Shown: in pieces, positions 50,805-64,000 of the stretch
Layout: the number at the start of each line of letters is the position of its first letter
Position numbering within the stretch: position 1 is the first letter of the stretch
Origin: Squalus acanthias
Lineage: Eukaryota
Assembly: GCA_030390025.1 (NCBI GenBank)
Contig: CM059432.1
Location: 136,340,001 to 136,404,000 of the forward strand
DNA length: 64,000 nucleotides
Direction of reading: 5' to 3'
Notes under the pieces: model-generated
Seen by the model: only the letters and a program-made list of their open reading frames with translations
What the model was told of the DNA's origin: nothing
The model's database searches: none
Translations under genes and position numbers: made by a program

Positions 50805-53028
50805 TGACCCAGCGACGATGAAGGAACGGCAAAATACTACAAAGTCAGGATGGTGTGTGACTTGGAGGTGGTGGTGTTCCCATGCGCCTGCTGCCCTTGT
50901 CCTTCTAGGTGGAAGAGGTCGCGGGTTTGGGAGGTGCTGCCAAAGAAGCCTTGGCGAGTTGCTGCAGTGCACCTTGTAGATGGTACACACTGCAGCCACG
51001 GTACACCGTTGGTGGAGGGAGTGAATGTTTAATGTGGTGCCAATCGAGTGTTCTTGGAGCTGCACTCATCCAGGCAAGTGGAGAGTATTCCATCACACTC
51101 CTTACTTGTGCCTTGTAGATGGTGGAAAGGCTTTGAGGAGTCAGATAGGTCAGCAGGTGAGACACTCGCTGCAGAATACCTAGCCTCTGACCCGCTCTTG
51201 TGACCACATTATTTATATGGCTGGTCCAGTTAAGTTTCTGGTTAATGGTGACCCCCAGGATGTTGATGGTGGGGGATTCGGTGATGGTAATGCCATTGAA
51301 TTTCAAGGGGCGGTGGTTGGGCCCATGCTTGTAGGAGATAGTCATTGCCTGGCACTTGTGTGGCGTGAATGTTACCTGCCACTTATCAGGCCAAGCCTGA
51401 ATGTTGTCCAGGTCTTGCTGCATGCGGGCATGGACTGCTTCATTATCTGAGGAGTTGCGAATGGAACTGAACACTGTGCAATCATCAGTGAACATCCCCA
51501 CTTCTGATCTTATGATGGAGGGAAGGTCATTGATGAAGCAGCTGAAGATGATTGGGTCTAGGACACTGCCCTGAGGAACTCTGCAGCGATGTCCTGGGGC
51601 TGAGATGATTGACCTCCAACAACCACAACCATCTTCCTTTGTGCTAGGTATGACTCCAGCCAGTGGAGAGCTTTCCCCCTGATTCCCATTGACTTCAATT
51701 TTACTCGGGCTCACACTTGGTCAAATGCTGCCTTGATGTCAAGGGCAGTCACTCTCACCTCACCTCTGGAATTCAGCTCTTTTGTCCATGTTTGGACCAA
51801 GGCTGTAATGAGGTCTGGAGCTGAGTGGTCCTGGTGGAACCCAAACTGGGCCTCGGTGAGCAGGGTATTGGTGAGTAAGTGCCGCTTGATCGCACTGTCG
51901 ACAACACCTTCCATCACTTTGCTGATGCTTGAGAGTAGGCTGATGGGGCGGTAATTGGCTGGATTAGATTTGTCCTGCTTTTTGTGGACAGGACATACCT
52001 GGGCAGTTTTCCACATTGTCGGATAGATGCCAGTGTTATAGCTGTACTGGAACAGTTTGGCTAGAGGCACGGCTAGTTCTGGAGCACAAGTCTTCAGCAC
52101 GACAGCCGGGATGTTGTCGGGGCCCACAGCCTTTGCTGTATCCAGTGTGCTCAGCTGTTTCTGATATCATGTGGAGTGAATCGAATTGGCTGAAGACTGG
52201 CTTCTGTGATGGTGGGGACCTCAGGAGGAGGCCGATATGGATCATCCACTCAGCACTTCTGGCTGAAAATGGTTGCAAACATTTCAGCATTGTCTTTTGC
52301 ACTCGCGTGCTGGGCTCCGCCATCATTGAGGATGGGAATATTCAGGGAGCCTCCTCCTCCCGTTAGTTGTTTAATTTTCCACCACCATTCACGACTGGAT
52401 GTGGCAGGACTACAGGGCTTTGATCTGATCCGTTGATTGTGGGATCGCTTAGCTCTGTCTATAGCATGCTGCTTCCGCTTTTTAGCATGCATGTAGTCCT
52501 GTGTTGCAACTTCTTCAGGTTGCACCTTATTTTTACATACACCTGGTGCTGCTCCTGGCATGCTCTTCTGCACTCCTCATTGAACCAGGATTGCTCCCCT
52601 GGCTTGGTGGTAATGGTAGAGTGAGGGATATGCCAGGCCATGAGGTTGCAGATTGTAGTGGAATACAATTCTGCTGCTGCTGATGGCCCACAGCGCCTCA
52701 TAGATGCCCAATTTTGGGCTGCTAGATCTGTTCGGAATCTATCTGAGTGAGCGGACTACCTGTGAGGGAGACAGTCAGCAAGCGACACAACGAAGGAGTG
52801 ACGTCAGAATTCAAAGGTGTCGCTGGCACAAGGGAGCTGAGAGGTGAGTATAGGGTGAGTATTTGTGGTAAGGTTTTTTTTTGTTCTGTTTTGAGTATAT
52901 TTCTGCTAAGTAGATCATAGCCGATCTAATAGAGGGAAGTGCTGATTGGTGGGTAGCTGTTGAGTGTTTCTTGTTAAGTTTTACGTTTATTTCTGCTAAA
53001 TTACCTCCATAGTCCAGTAAATAGAGGC

Positions 53029-53979
53029 ATGGCAGGGCAGCTCAGTCCCGTGATTTGCACATCCTGTGCCATGTGGGAAATCCTGGATGCTTCTTGCGGC
53101 CTGGACGACCACATGTGCAGTAAGTGTCGCCAACTGCAGCAACTCAAGCTCCGGGTTTCAGAGCTTGAGCGGCAGATGGAGTCACTACAGTGCATCCGCG
53201 AGGCTGAGAAATACTTGGACAGCACGTTTCTAGAAGTGGTCACCCCGCAGCCTCAGAATGTGCAGACAGAGACGGAATGGGTGACCACCAGACAAAGAAG
53301 GAGGACCAGGCAGGTAGGGCAGGAATCCCCAAAGTGCATCTCGCTTGCTAACTGGTTCACTAGTTCTGGAAACTGGTGGGGGTGATGGTTCCTCTGGGGA
53401 GAGCAGCCAGAGCCAAGGCCACGGCACCACGGGTGGCTCAGCTGCACAGGGCGGGAGGAAGAAGAGTGGGAGAGCAATAGTGACAGGGGATTCATTGGTT
53501 AGGGGAACAGATAGGCGTTTCTGTGGATGCAAACGTGACTCCAGGATGGTATGTTGCCTCCCTGGTATCAGGGTTTAGGATGTCACTGAACGGCTGCAGG
53601 ACACTCTGAGGGGGGAGGGTGAACAGCCAGAGGTCGCTGTCCGTATTGGTACCAATGACATAGGCAGAAAGAGGGATGAGGTCCTGCAGGCAGACTATAG
53701 GGAGCTAGGAAAGAGATTAAAAAGCAGGACATCAAAGGTAGTAATCTCCGGATTACACCCAGTGCCACATGCTAGTGAGTACAGGAATAGGAGGATAGAA
53801 CAGATGAATGCGTGGCTGGAGAAATGGTGAAGGAGGGAAGGCTTTAGATTCCTGAGGCATTGGACCGTTTCTGGGGAAGGTGGGACCTGTACAAGCCGGA
53901 CGGGTTACACCTCAACAGAGCCAGGACCAATATTCTCGCGGGGAGGTTTGCTAATGTTGTTGGGGAGGGTTTAAACTAG
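53029..53979 (+). pseudogene. CR1 ORF1: zinc finger/leucine zipper + SGNH esterase, disrupted
   Basis: CTSC..CSKC followed by LKLRVSELERQM. IVTGDSLVRG, CLPG, IGTND and DGLHL esterase blocks. Frameshifts and stops. Confidence 0.88.
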
Positions 53980-54142
53980 CTTGGCAGGGGGATGGGCACC
54001 AGCATGTAGGAGTAGGAAAGAGGAAGAAGGTGCATAAAAGAGTGAGTGTGTTGGATAGTACTAGTGAAGAAAGTAGTACTCGAGGCGGAAGTAGTACCAT
54101 ATTAGATAGGAGCAGACTAAGAAAGACTACGAAAAATTCAAA

Positions 54143-56943
54143 AATGGGTTTCGAATGCATGTACGTAAACGCACAAAGTGTGGTGAATAAGGTTGGTGAG
54201 CTACAAGCACAATTAGCCGTGCGGCAATATGATGTGGCAATAACGGAAACGTGGCTTAAAAATGGTGAGGACTGGGCACTTAATATTCAAGGGTACAAGG
54301 TGTTCAGAAAAGATAGGAAAGGAAAAAAGGGAGATGGGGTGATAGTACTGATTAAGGGAGACATTGTAGTGTTGGAAAGGGAGGATGTTCTTGAGGGGAC
54401 AAGGACAGAATCCATTTGGTTAGAGTTGAGGAGCAAAAAGGGTATGATCACACTACTGGGGGTATTCTACAGGTCTCCAAATAGTGAGAAGGAGGTAGAG
54501 GAGCAAATCTGCAGGGAAATCGCAGAAATATGCAAGAGCTATAGAGTGGTGATATTGGAGGACTTTAATTACCCAAATATCGAATGGGTAAATGCTAGGG
54601 TAAAGGGAAAGGAGGGGGAGGAATTTCTGAAATGTGTTCAGGAGAATTTCCTTGACCAATATGTTCTTGGCCCAACTAGGAAGGAGGCATTGCTGGATCT
54701 GGTGCTGGGGAATGAGGTGGGCCAGGTCGACGAAGTGTCTGTGGGAGAACACTTGGGTGCGAGTGATCATTGTATCATAAGATTTAGATTAGCAATGGAG
54801 AGGAGCAAGGAACAATCTAGAGTGGAACTTCTAAACAGGAATAGGGTCAACTTCAATGGGATGCGAAAGGATCTAGCCAGGGTAAAATGGAACCAAAGAC
54901 TGACAGGAAAAACTGTAACGGAACAATGGGTGATCTTTAAGGAGGAGATGTTCCAAGTACAGGCTAGGTACATTCCAACAAGAGGGAAGGGTAAGGGAAC
55001 CAAAGCAAGGACTCCTTGGATGATGAGGGAGATAGAGAAGATGATGAAACAAAAAAAGAGGGTGTATGATGCATGTCAGATGAATTCTTCAAGGGAGAAC
55101 CAGACCAAATAAAATAAGTTGAGAGGGGAAGTGAAAATGAAAATAAGATGGGCAAAGATAGAATATGAGAGTTGAATGGCGGTTAACATAAAAGGGAACC
55201 CAAAAATCTTCTACCGGCATGTAAACAGTAAACGGGTATTAAGAGGTGGGGTGGGGCCTATTAGGGACAAAGAAGGTGATACACTATATGCTTAGAGACG
55301 CAGGGCAAGGCTAGAATACTCAAATGAGTACTTTGTATTGGTGTTTACGAAGGAGGTGGATGCTGACAAAATATCGATAGCAGTGGAAAAGGTAGAAGCA
55401 ATGGAAGGGGTGAAAATTGATAGACAGGATGTACTAGAAAGGCTGGGTATGCTTAGAGTGGATAAGTCGCCTGGTCCAGATGGCTTGCATCCCAGGTTGC
55501 TAAGGGAATTGGGGGAGAAGGTAGCGGAAGGGACTTGCCATAATTTTCCAATCTTCCCTAGATGCAGGGGAGGTGCCTGAGGATTGGAAAGTGGCAAATG
55601 TGACACCATTGTTCAAGAAAGGTGTAAGGACAATTCTAGTAACTGCAGGCCGGTCAGTTTAACATCAGTGGTGGGTAAAGTTTTAGAAACAATAATCAAG
55701 GAAAAAATTAATGGGCACTTGGAGAGGTTTAAGCTAATTAAGGAGAGCCAACAAGGATTTGTAAAAGGCGGATTGTGTTTGACTAATCTAATTGAATTTT
55801 TTGATGAAGTAACAGGGAGGATTGATGAAGGGAATGCAATGGATGTTGTCTACATGGATTTTCGGAAGGCGTTTGACAAAGTACCACATAGAACGCTAGT
55901 TAACAAAATTGAGGCTCATGGAATAGGTGGGTCAGTGGCAGCTTGGATAAGGAATTGGCTTAAGGACAGAAAACAGCGAGTTGTGGTAAATGGCTGTTTT
56001 TCAGACTGGAGGATGGTAGACAGTGGTGTTCCCCAAGGGTCAGTGCTGGGGCCACTGCTTTTTTTGATATATATAAATGACCTGGATATTGGAATATAGA
56101 GTAGAATTTCTAAATTTGCCGATGACACCAAACTTGGGGGTGTGGCAAACAGTGAGGATAATACCAATCGACTGCAACAGGACATAGAAAGGCTAGCAGA
56201 ATGGGCAGACAAGTGGCAGATGGAATTTAATACAGAGAAGTGTGAGGTGATGCATTTTGGCAGAAGGAACAGGGAGAGGCAATATACACTTAATGGCACA
56301 GTTTTAAAGAGTGTGCAGGACAGAGGGACCTGGGAGTTAATGTGCATAGGCCCCTGAAGGTGGCAGGACTTATTGAGAGAGTGGTTAGCAAAGCATATGG
56401 GATCTTGGGCTTCATAAATAGAGGTATTGAGTACAAAAGTAGAGAAGTTATGCTGAACCTTTATAAAGCGCTGGTTAGGCTACCACTGGAGTATTGCGTC
56501 CAGTTCTGGTCACCACACTTTCGGAAGGATGTGAAGGCACTTGAGATGGTGCAGAGGAGATTTAGCAGAATGGTTCCGGGGATGGGGGATCTTAGCTACA
56601 AGGACAGGTTGGAGAAGCTGGATTTGTTTTCATTAGAGCAAAGGAGGTTGAGGGGTGATTTGATAGAGGTGTACAAGATTATGACAGGGTTTGGATAGGC
56701 TAAGACGGGGAAAGGCTGTTCCCACTAGTTGCTAGTACAAGGACTAGGGGACACAGATTTAAGGTTTTGGGAAAAAGATACAGGGGGGATGAGAGGAAAA
56801 ACTTTTTTACGCAGCGAGTGGTGAGGACCTGGAGCTCGCTGCCAACGGAAGTGGAGACACTCAATGTTTTCAAGGGGAGATTGGACAGGCACTTGAGGGA
56901 AATAAACTTGCAGGGCTATGGGGATAGAGCGGGTGAATGTGAC
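54143..56943 (+). pseudogene. CR1 ORF2: APE endonuclease + reverse transcriptase, disrupted
   Basis: [50 protein letters not shown]. Several stops and frameshifts. Confidence 0.93.
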
Positions 56944-58837
56944 TGACCGGATTGCTCTACAGAGAGCCGGCACGGACTCGATGGGCCGAATGGCCTCCTT
57001 CTGTGCCGTTATGACTCTATGACTATCCCATTTAGCATGGTGGTAGTGCCACATAACACGATGGAGGGTGTCCTCGGTGTGAAGACGGGACTTCGTATTC
57101 ACAAGGACTGCTGCGAGGTCACTGCTACGAATGCTGTCATGGACAGATGCATCTGCGACAGGTAGATTGGTGAGGACGAGGTCAAGTAGGTTTTTCCCTT
57201 GTGTTGGTTCTCTCATCACCTGTCGCAGGCCCAGACTGGCAGCTATGACCTTCAGGACTCGGCCAGCTCGGTCAGTAGTGGTGCTACCGAGCCACTCTTG
57301 GTGATGGACGTTGAAGTCCCCCACCCAGAGTACATTCTGTGCCCTTGTTACCCTCAGTGCTTCTTCCAAGTGGTGTTCAACATGGAGGAGTACTGATTCA
57401 TCAGCTGAGGGAGGGCGGTAGGTGGTAATCAGCAGGAAGTTTCCTTGCCCATGCTTGACCTGAAGCCATGAGACTTCATGGGGTCCGGAGTCAATGTTGA
57501 GGACGCCCAGGGCCACTCCCTCCCTACTGTATACCACTGTGCTGCCACCTCTTGTGGGTCTGTCTGCCGGTGGGACAGGACATACCCAGGGATGGTGAGG
57601 GAGGAGTTTGGGACATTGGCTGAAAGGTATGATTCTGTGAGTATGACTATGTCAGGCTGTTGCTTGACTAGTCTGTGGGACAGCTCTCAATGACATTATT
57701 GAGCCGTAACATGCATATGTAAAGAAGGACCCTGTTGGATCCGGGGGCGTGTCCTTGCTGCCTGCTCAGGAGAGCAGGTTAAAATTGCAGATGTTGTGAC
57801 CATGCAGTTTTGGGACAGGTAAGAACCAGGGCGATTTTAACCGCCCACCGCCAGGTTTCTGCTGAGCGAGCAGGGTTAAAAATCGCCCCCTCAAGCACAA
57901 TCATACTAATTAAACAAAAAACGCATCGGTACTTTAGGAGTTCTGTAGCTTTTTGAAAGCAAAGTGCAGAAGAGTCAGATTGCTAACAATATAAAAAAGA
58001 TCAATTATTGTTTGTGTAATAAACTTAGAGATTTCACTTTTTTAAACACCCTCTCTACTTAATTGATGCAGCTGTTTTAATGAGATTTCCACAGCTATCA
58101 TTTTACTCTGGGTGAGCTGGGTGACAACCAGGCAGTAATAACAAATTCAATAATAATTAACTTGGGTCATCTGCTCATCTGTCATGGCTCATCAATTTTA
58201 GGGAAGAAAATCCCAAAGAACTTCATGCTTTTTCTATCATTTCAAAAACTCAGCAATAAAGCTGCTGCGCCACAGCTCTTAGCCAGCCTCAGAAAAAGGG
58301 GACGGAAAGACGAGCCGTAAGTAAACAGTCAGGTACGTCTAATTTTATCAGTTGCACCACCTATCGTAGGAAATCGCGCAAGCTTTTGGAAAGGATGTTG
58401 GCTTTAGTGAGGCCTGGATGGACTCACTGCTAAGCTGTCTTGATCTATTTGCCCATCTCTGGGAGTGCAATAGTGTTGAACAACAGCCTCATTTCTCACC
58501 TACATCAGTGAAATTCATGGAAGTGTTCGATGAATGGGGGAAAAAAAGGAAAGTTCCAATTTCCGACCATTCTGATTTGCTGATGGATGAGGACCGGACA
58601 AGGTTCCATTTTAAGATTACTATCGTACACTTAGGCTGCGTATTACACCGTTACGATTAATATTATTTCAGCACTGAAAACTAATTAAAAGCTGGAGAGA
58701 TTTTGACCTGATTTGCCAAAGGACATGTTTCAGAACCAATTCAGGAACTGTATGCTTTCCAGCATAATGCGATGTGATGCGATCACAATAATGACTATGT
58801 TGTGACACTACTGGCAACTTCACTCTATCACGGCACT

Positions 58838-59021
58838 AGAAAGAAGAACTTGCATTTATACAGCGCCTTTCACGATCTCGAGACGTCCCAAGGCGCTTTA
58901 CAGTCAATGAAGTGCTTTTTGAAGTGCAGTCACTGCTGTAACGTCGGAAACACGGCAGCCAAATTGCGCGCCGCAATCTCCCGCGAACAGCAATGAGGTA
59001 AATGACCAGATAATCTGTTCT
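58838..59021 (-). mobile_element. Deu SINE 3' fragment (another tail at about 61550-61660)
   Basis: Matches the tail and core of the other copies. Confidence 0.8.
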
Positions 59022-59682
59022 TGCATTATTTGAAGAGGCTTCAAAAAACGCATTTCAAAACAATAACAGCTTGTGTTCCTGTAGCCCCTTTGACGTAGAA
59101 CAAATGTCGCGAGGCACCTCACAGAAGCGTTTCGATATCTAAGGTGGGAAAACTCGACTTGCGACGAAACGGGCAGGGAGTTGGCGGAGTGACCGCTCCG
59201 CGTGCTGGTCCGTACCGGCCTGAGGCCTGAGCCTTCATTTAGATTTGGGCCTCATTTAAAAGCCTCCGGTGAGCTTCGGGCACGAGGCGGGCGCTCGGCT
59301 GCAGCTCATCAGTCGGAGAGGGCAAGAAATAGGATGGTTCTCACACATTGTCAGCCCGGCAGGTCAGGTCTGGGGAGAAGATGGGGATGTGGTAGAGACG
59401 ATCCCAGGAGTGGGGCCTCAAACACGCCGGCAGCAGACTGGAGTTTTTTTTGTAGGCCCAGGAAGGAGCAGCAGTCTTGCTTCTGGTAGGCTAAATTTCT
59501 CCTCCAAAGTGCTTAGTATCATTGTAACTACAACTTAAGTCTGCCATAATGTTTGACATGTGATAGTATTAGTACAAAAGCACACAGAATATATATGAGA
59601 ATGAACACACAACCTTAAGCTGTGCCCAGAACAAAAGTAGGCAAGGCAATATTGTGAAGGCTTCACTATGATCTAGTTACAC

Positions 59683-60456
59683 CAGTGGCAAGCAAAATAC
59701 AGCCCGCGGATTGTACCCAGCACGCCAATGGATTCTATCCGGCCCGCCAAGGCCCGGCTTGAGGCCGATCGTCCGCTGCATCTGACTTCTAGCCTGACCC
59801 CATCCCACGTAACGTCAAGAGGCGGGTCATTGTCTCCAAGGCAGCAGGGGAGTCTAGCAATGGGCCTTAGAGACGGGAGGCGAAGATACGGAGACCGGCG
59901 GTTGAGGTGGACAGAAGGTGGCCGGGAGTCGTGGTTTGGGACACGGCCTCCTGGGGGAGGGCCTTTTACCGACGGCAGCACGGCCTCATAACCGGTGGAG
60001 AGTGGTGAGTGCAGCAGCCGCTGGCCCATCCCCCCAGCCCAGGCCCAACCCCCAGTGATGGGGCGACTGATGGATGATACCTCTTAACCAGTTATTAATT
60101 ACCACCTAACTAATTAATGCAAAACTGATTTGTGTTTACTAATTAGCATTTTAATTATCTCAAATGTATTTATTTAAAGCTGATTATTTATACTAACTGA
60201 TAATTAGTAAGTTAGTTAACTGATTTATTCACTAACTTAACACCCTCTGCTCATTAGGCAATTGGTGAGCTATTTAATTGTGCTCATTACTGTACTAATT
60301 ACACAATCATTAATTTAAAAGCTGCTGAGCGGCCTGCGCGGGACCTCCCGACCGCTGCACGGCCGTGGAGCTTAACGGGAACATTGGTGTGCAGCCCTGA
60401 ACAGGTCATCAAAACTTGTTAAGAGGCCCTCCAGCCCAAATAATTGCCCACCCCTG
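59683..60456. mobile_element. Non-autonomous hAT element (774 bp)
   Basis: 8-bp TSD AGTTACAC (59675-82, 60457-64). Termini CAGTGGCAAGCAA / TTGCCCACCCCTG. Subterminal GGCCC motifs. Confidence 0.88.
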
Positions 60457-60484
60457 AGTTACACTTTAGGTTACTTTCCTATGT

Positions 60485-61115
60485 TTTTTAAAATTTGTTT
60501 ATGGGATGTGGGCGTAGCTGGCAAGGCCAGCATTTATTGCCCATCCCTAATTGCCCTTGAGAAGGTGGTAGTTATCCGCTTTCTTCAACCGCTGCAGTCC
60601 GTGTGGTGAAGGAACTCCCACAGTGCTGTTAGGTAGGGAGTTCCGGGGTTTTGACCGAACGACGATGAAGGATCAGCGATATACTTCCAAGTCAGGATGG
60701 TGTGTGATTTGGAGGGGAACTTCGAGGTGATGGTGTTCCCATGTGGCTGCTGCCCTTGTCCTTCTAGGTGGAAGAGGTCGTGGGTTTGGAAGGTGCTGCC
60801 GAAGAAGCCTTGGCGAGTTGCTGCAGTGTATCTTGTAGATGGTACACACTGCAGCCACGGTACGCCGGTGGTGGACGGAGTGAATGTTTAAGGTGGTGGA
60901 TGGGGTGCCAATCAAGCGGGCTGCTTTGTCCTGGATGGTGTCGAGCTTCTGGAGTGTTGTTGGAGCTGCACTCATCCAGGCAAGTGGAGAGTATTCCATC
61001 ACACTCCTTACTTGTGCCTTGTAGATGGTAGAAAGGCTTTGGGGAGTCAGGAGGTGAGACACTCGCCACAGAATACCCAGCCTCTGACCTGCTCTTGTTG
61101 CCACAGTATTTATGG
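60485..61115 (-). mobile_element. LINE family A 3' fragment
   Basis: RAGQRLGIL..IYKAQVRSVMEYSPLAW plus 3'UTR. Confidence 0.92.
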
Positions 61116-64000
61116 GGCTGTTGAATTCGATTTTATTCTTCAGTTTTATTTTCCTAATTTCTATTCTTTCTTTTACTCATTTCTATTCCTTCCTTTACTG
61201 AAGGATCCTTTCCTCAGTTCTTCTTCTGTTTGAGTAGGTGGTCAGGTAGGATGACCGGCTCCTCCGTGTCTGTCAACACAGACATCTTCATGCTTAGCTG
61301 ACAAAGGGCACACTAAAGGAACAGTTTAAACTTTTCTCACAGTGGGCACTTGGATCCATAAGGAATTACATTTTGAGGTCGAACTAAAAGCGGCTAAAAC
61401 TTCTTACACAAGTGTGTGGTTTTTGAGAGTCGATTTTCAGAAGTGCAGGGGCCAGAATCTGTCAATATTCCTGTGTAAAGTTTCTTGAAGATCTTAAGAC
61501 GTATTTTCCTCTGCGTGTCAAGTTAAAAGAAAAATTCTTGTACTGAAAAGAAAAGGAAAGATTTGCATTTTTATAGCACCTTCCACGACCTCAGGACGTC
61601 CCAAAGCGCTTTACAGCCAATGAAGTACTTTTGAAGTGTAGTCACTGCTGTAATGTAGGAATAATACTGAGCCATCATTAGTTTGTAATGACAGTTTGGT
61701 AAAGGCATTATCTCTAACTTTGCACACAGCAAAATTACACCCACTTGTGTCTTTCACAAGAGAGGTGGGAAGGCAGTGTTATTATAGTAACAGTTCGGAA
61801 CAGCTGCTATTATAATGATACCATCTGCGGCAAAGCATTGAAGTTGGTGCGCTCTGTAAAATCAAAGATGCCAACTATAAGTGCGAGTCCACTGAGTATT
61901 TGCAGTAAAATATTTTTACTTTGGTTCGATGGTATGAACTTCATATCAAACCTTTATAATATACACTGAGTTATTTATTGATTGAGAATCTCCTGGCCAA
62001 AAATTGTAATACTGCCGTACATGTAGCACAATGCAACATCGCTTCAGTTGGCTTTATCGTCTGCCCACAGATGCCGCATTAGTTCACCTGCCAAAAGTGC
62101 TCAGCATCTTGACTGCGTAATGGTAAAATAAAAAAACAACACACAAAACAAAACAAAAACTATTCAGGGTGTTTTAAATACAATAATAAAACAGCTGGCA
62201 GTGATTTCAGGGCTGCAATTCAATCTCGCGTTTCTGCTGACATTCAATAATAATCACTTAAACCTTGCTTTCGTGGTTTGTGATGTCACCAAAATCCTTT
62301 TATTGAGTGACAGGCCGATAAGTCACTCCTTGCTATTTATTGGCTTATATTTCTCTGCAGACTTCATGTTTGAAACTGCTGAACTCATATTGTAAATCAT
62401 GGCAGACTTCCATGAGCATCTTACAAACTGCTGCCCAAGCAGCCTCCATGATGATGTGATGATATTGTCAGTGACCCAATGTCAATGTTTTCAAACAAGA
62501 TTTTCTGCCTTGCATCTCCTATCTTACGAGCGCAATTGTTCGATCCATTTCCCTAACCCTTCACCTACCCCTGATGTAGATGCATTCCCATCAGCTTTCC
62601 TCAGTTGGGAATTCCCTCATTTCTATTGGGAAGAAAATCACCCATCAGATTGGCAGATTTGAGTGTTAACCTTCATGGGAGAAAATGAAGAATGTGTGAA
62701 AACTGATCTCATCCAGGATGAGACGCACCAAACCATCTTCCCAAGTAGAGTGAGGCTGTCCAGCTAGACGCTCTATAGAAAGTGGATAATGTGTCACAGG
62801 AGGCTCATATACAGTACTATGCATCTATTCACTTAGATCAGGGTAAGTATTCGTCCTTTCTGGCCTCTAAGCAGTGAGGTGTGCCTTACTGCTACTAATT
62901 GCTTGACATTTAAGTGGTAGCAAAGCTTCAAATGAATAAGCAAATGTACCTTTAAGTGACAGTGATGATGCTGTGATGGAGTGTGAAATGTCACCACGGT
63001 AGTACAGACTACCAAGAATGTTTGTTATGTTACCAATTAGACATGTTGGAGTCGAAGATGACCTAAGCTGTATGAAAATTTGCTGAATAACAAATGAGTT
63101 CTGTAGCATGTTACACGTTGTATTGTACCTTTGAAAAGTGAGCGTTGTAATCAAGACTAAGGTAATCAGCAGTGAACACATGAACGATCCTTAACTAACT
63201 GCACTCTCCAAAACAAATACTGTGTATTAACCCTGCTGCCAACCCAGCTCTGATACTGCTTGAGGTCTTTGCATAAAAGCTAGGGTTATTATGAATTATC
63301 CTGAAATGCTGTTCGTTAATGACTGAAAATTATTTCATAATTGTGCTGAAATCAACTATTGAAATGCATTTTGATTTCTCGTGAATTCCGTCCACAGAAT
63401 GCCACCCACTGTGAAATTGTATTGATTGAACAAAAAAACAAACGAGTCTGCAGAGCAAATAGAGCGATAGGTTACTGCTGTCCAGGGAGAGACGTTTTCA
63501 ATCCTGCACATAGGGTTGTGCTATTGACAATGTTAGTCATTTAGTAGTGTTGCACAAAAAAATCCTTGCATTGTCTGTCACGGGGTTAGAACAGTTGGAA
63601 GGCCATGGTAAGTATGGCTTTACCAGAGTTCCACACGCAGGGTATCATTGCAGATATATTAAGGTCTTGAGAAGTCATCCAATCCAGATGTTGCCTGGCA
63701 ACTGAGAAAATACTACGGGGGGATAAAGGAAACTGTAGGAGCTTGATATCAATACACAATATTTTTGACAATCTGATGTATTTCTGCATTATTTACTAAC
63801 CGGTATTTGAAATTGCACCAAGCCAATGCTTCAAACGTTGTGGAAGTGGTGCCTTGCAAACCCCCACTCGCATCATCACAGTTCAGCATCATCGTTTTTC
63901 TTTAAAAAGGATGGGAAGCAAAAGTTAAAAAAACTAGTGAGAATAGTGCTTAACGAGACAAAATTCTTATAAAAAGAAGTTAAATACCATACACAGTAAG

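Larger units (their letters stand above)
52744..57022 (+). mobile_element. Near full-length CR1 LINE (family B, HER1-like), 4.3 kb
   Basis: 5'UTR, ORF1, ORF2, terminal hairpin and (ATGACTCT)-type tail. CTATC on both flanks (52739-43, 57023-27). Confidence 0.95.
50367..57688 (-). mobile_element. LINE family A, long copy (EN + RT + 3'UTR), interrupted at about 50540-50804 and 52744-57022
   Basis: EN motifs TYRPPS, GDFNVHH, LDLV, SD(L) at 57030-57540. RT motifs at 51.0-52.2 kb. T-tract at 50367-50377. The flanks of the nested CR1 rejoin as GGAATCTATCCCATTTAGC. Confidence 0.93.

Noticed and set aside
56725..57537. 270-aa ORF as a single gene
   Set aside because: Family A endonuclease reading through the insertion junction into antisense CR1 tail.

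Overview
Eukaryotic, repeat-dense DNA, most likely intronic or intergenic sequence from a cartilaginous fish (shark). That assignment is an inference from the repeat families: Deu-domain tRNA-SINEs of the SacSINE1 type, CR1/HER1-type LINE tails, and GC-rich Harbinger elements. I found no intact host gene, rRNA, true tRNA gene or CRISPR array. Contents: (1) two CR1-group LINE families, including a near full-length CR1 (5'UTR, zinc-finger/esterase ORF1, EN-RT ORF2, tail) nested in a second LINE; (2) many L2 3' fragments and their partner SINEs; (3) at least three decayed PIF/Harbinger elements, two of them abutting at 39.1-46.4 kb, each with a DDE transposase and a convergent Myb/SANT-partner gene (spliced and complete in the first, 3' part only in the second); (4) Harbinger-type MITEs carrying promoter-like motifs and a hairpin conserved in position but not sequence; (5) a hAT MITE with an 8-bp TSD; (6) a 1.33-kb solo LTR; (7) Penelope-like termini with minimal hammerhead-ribozyme motifs, one inside a 77-bp-arm palindrome; (8) a CA-rich microsatellite and a 16-bp minisatellite. 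Fragment boundaries were read by eye and are approximate unless a TSD or TIR fixes them.
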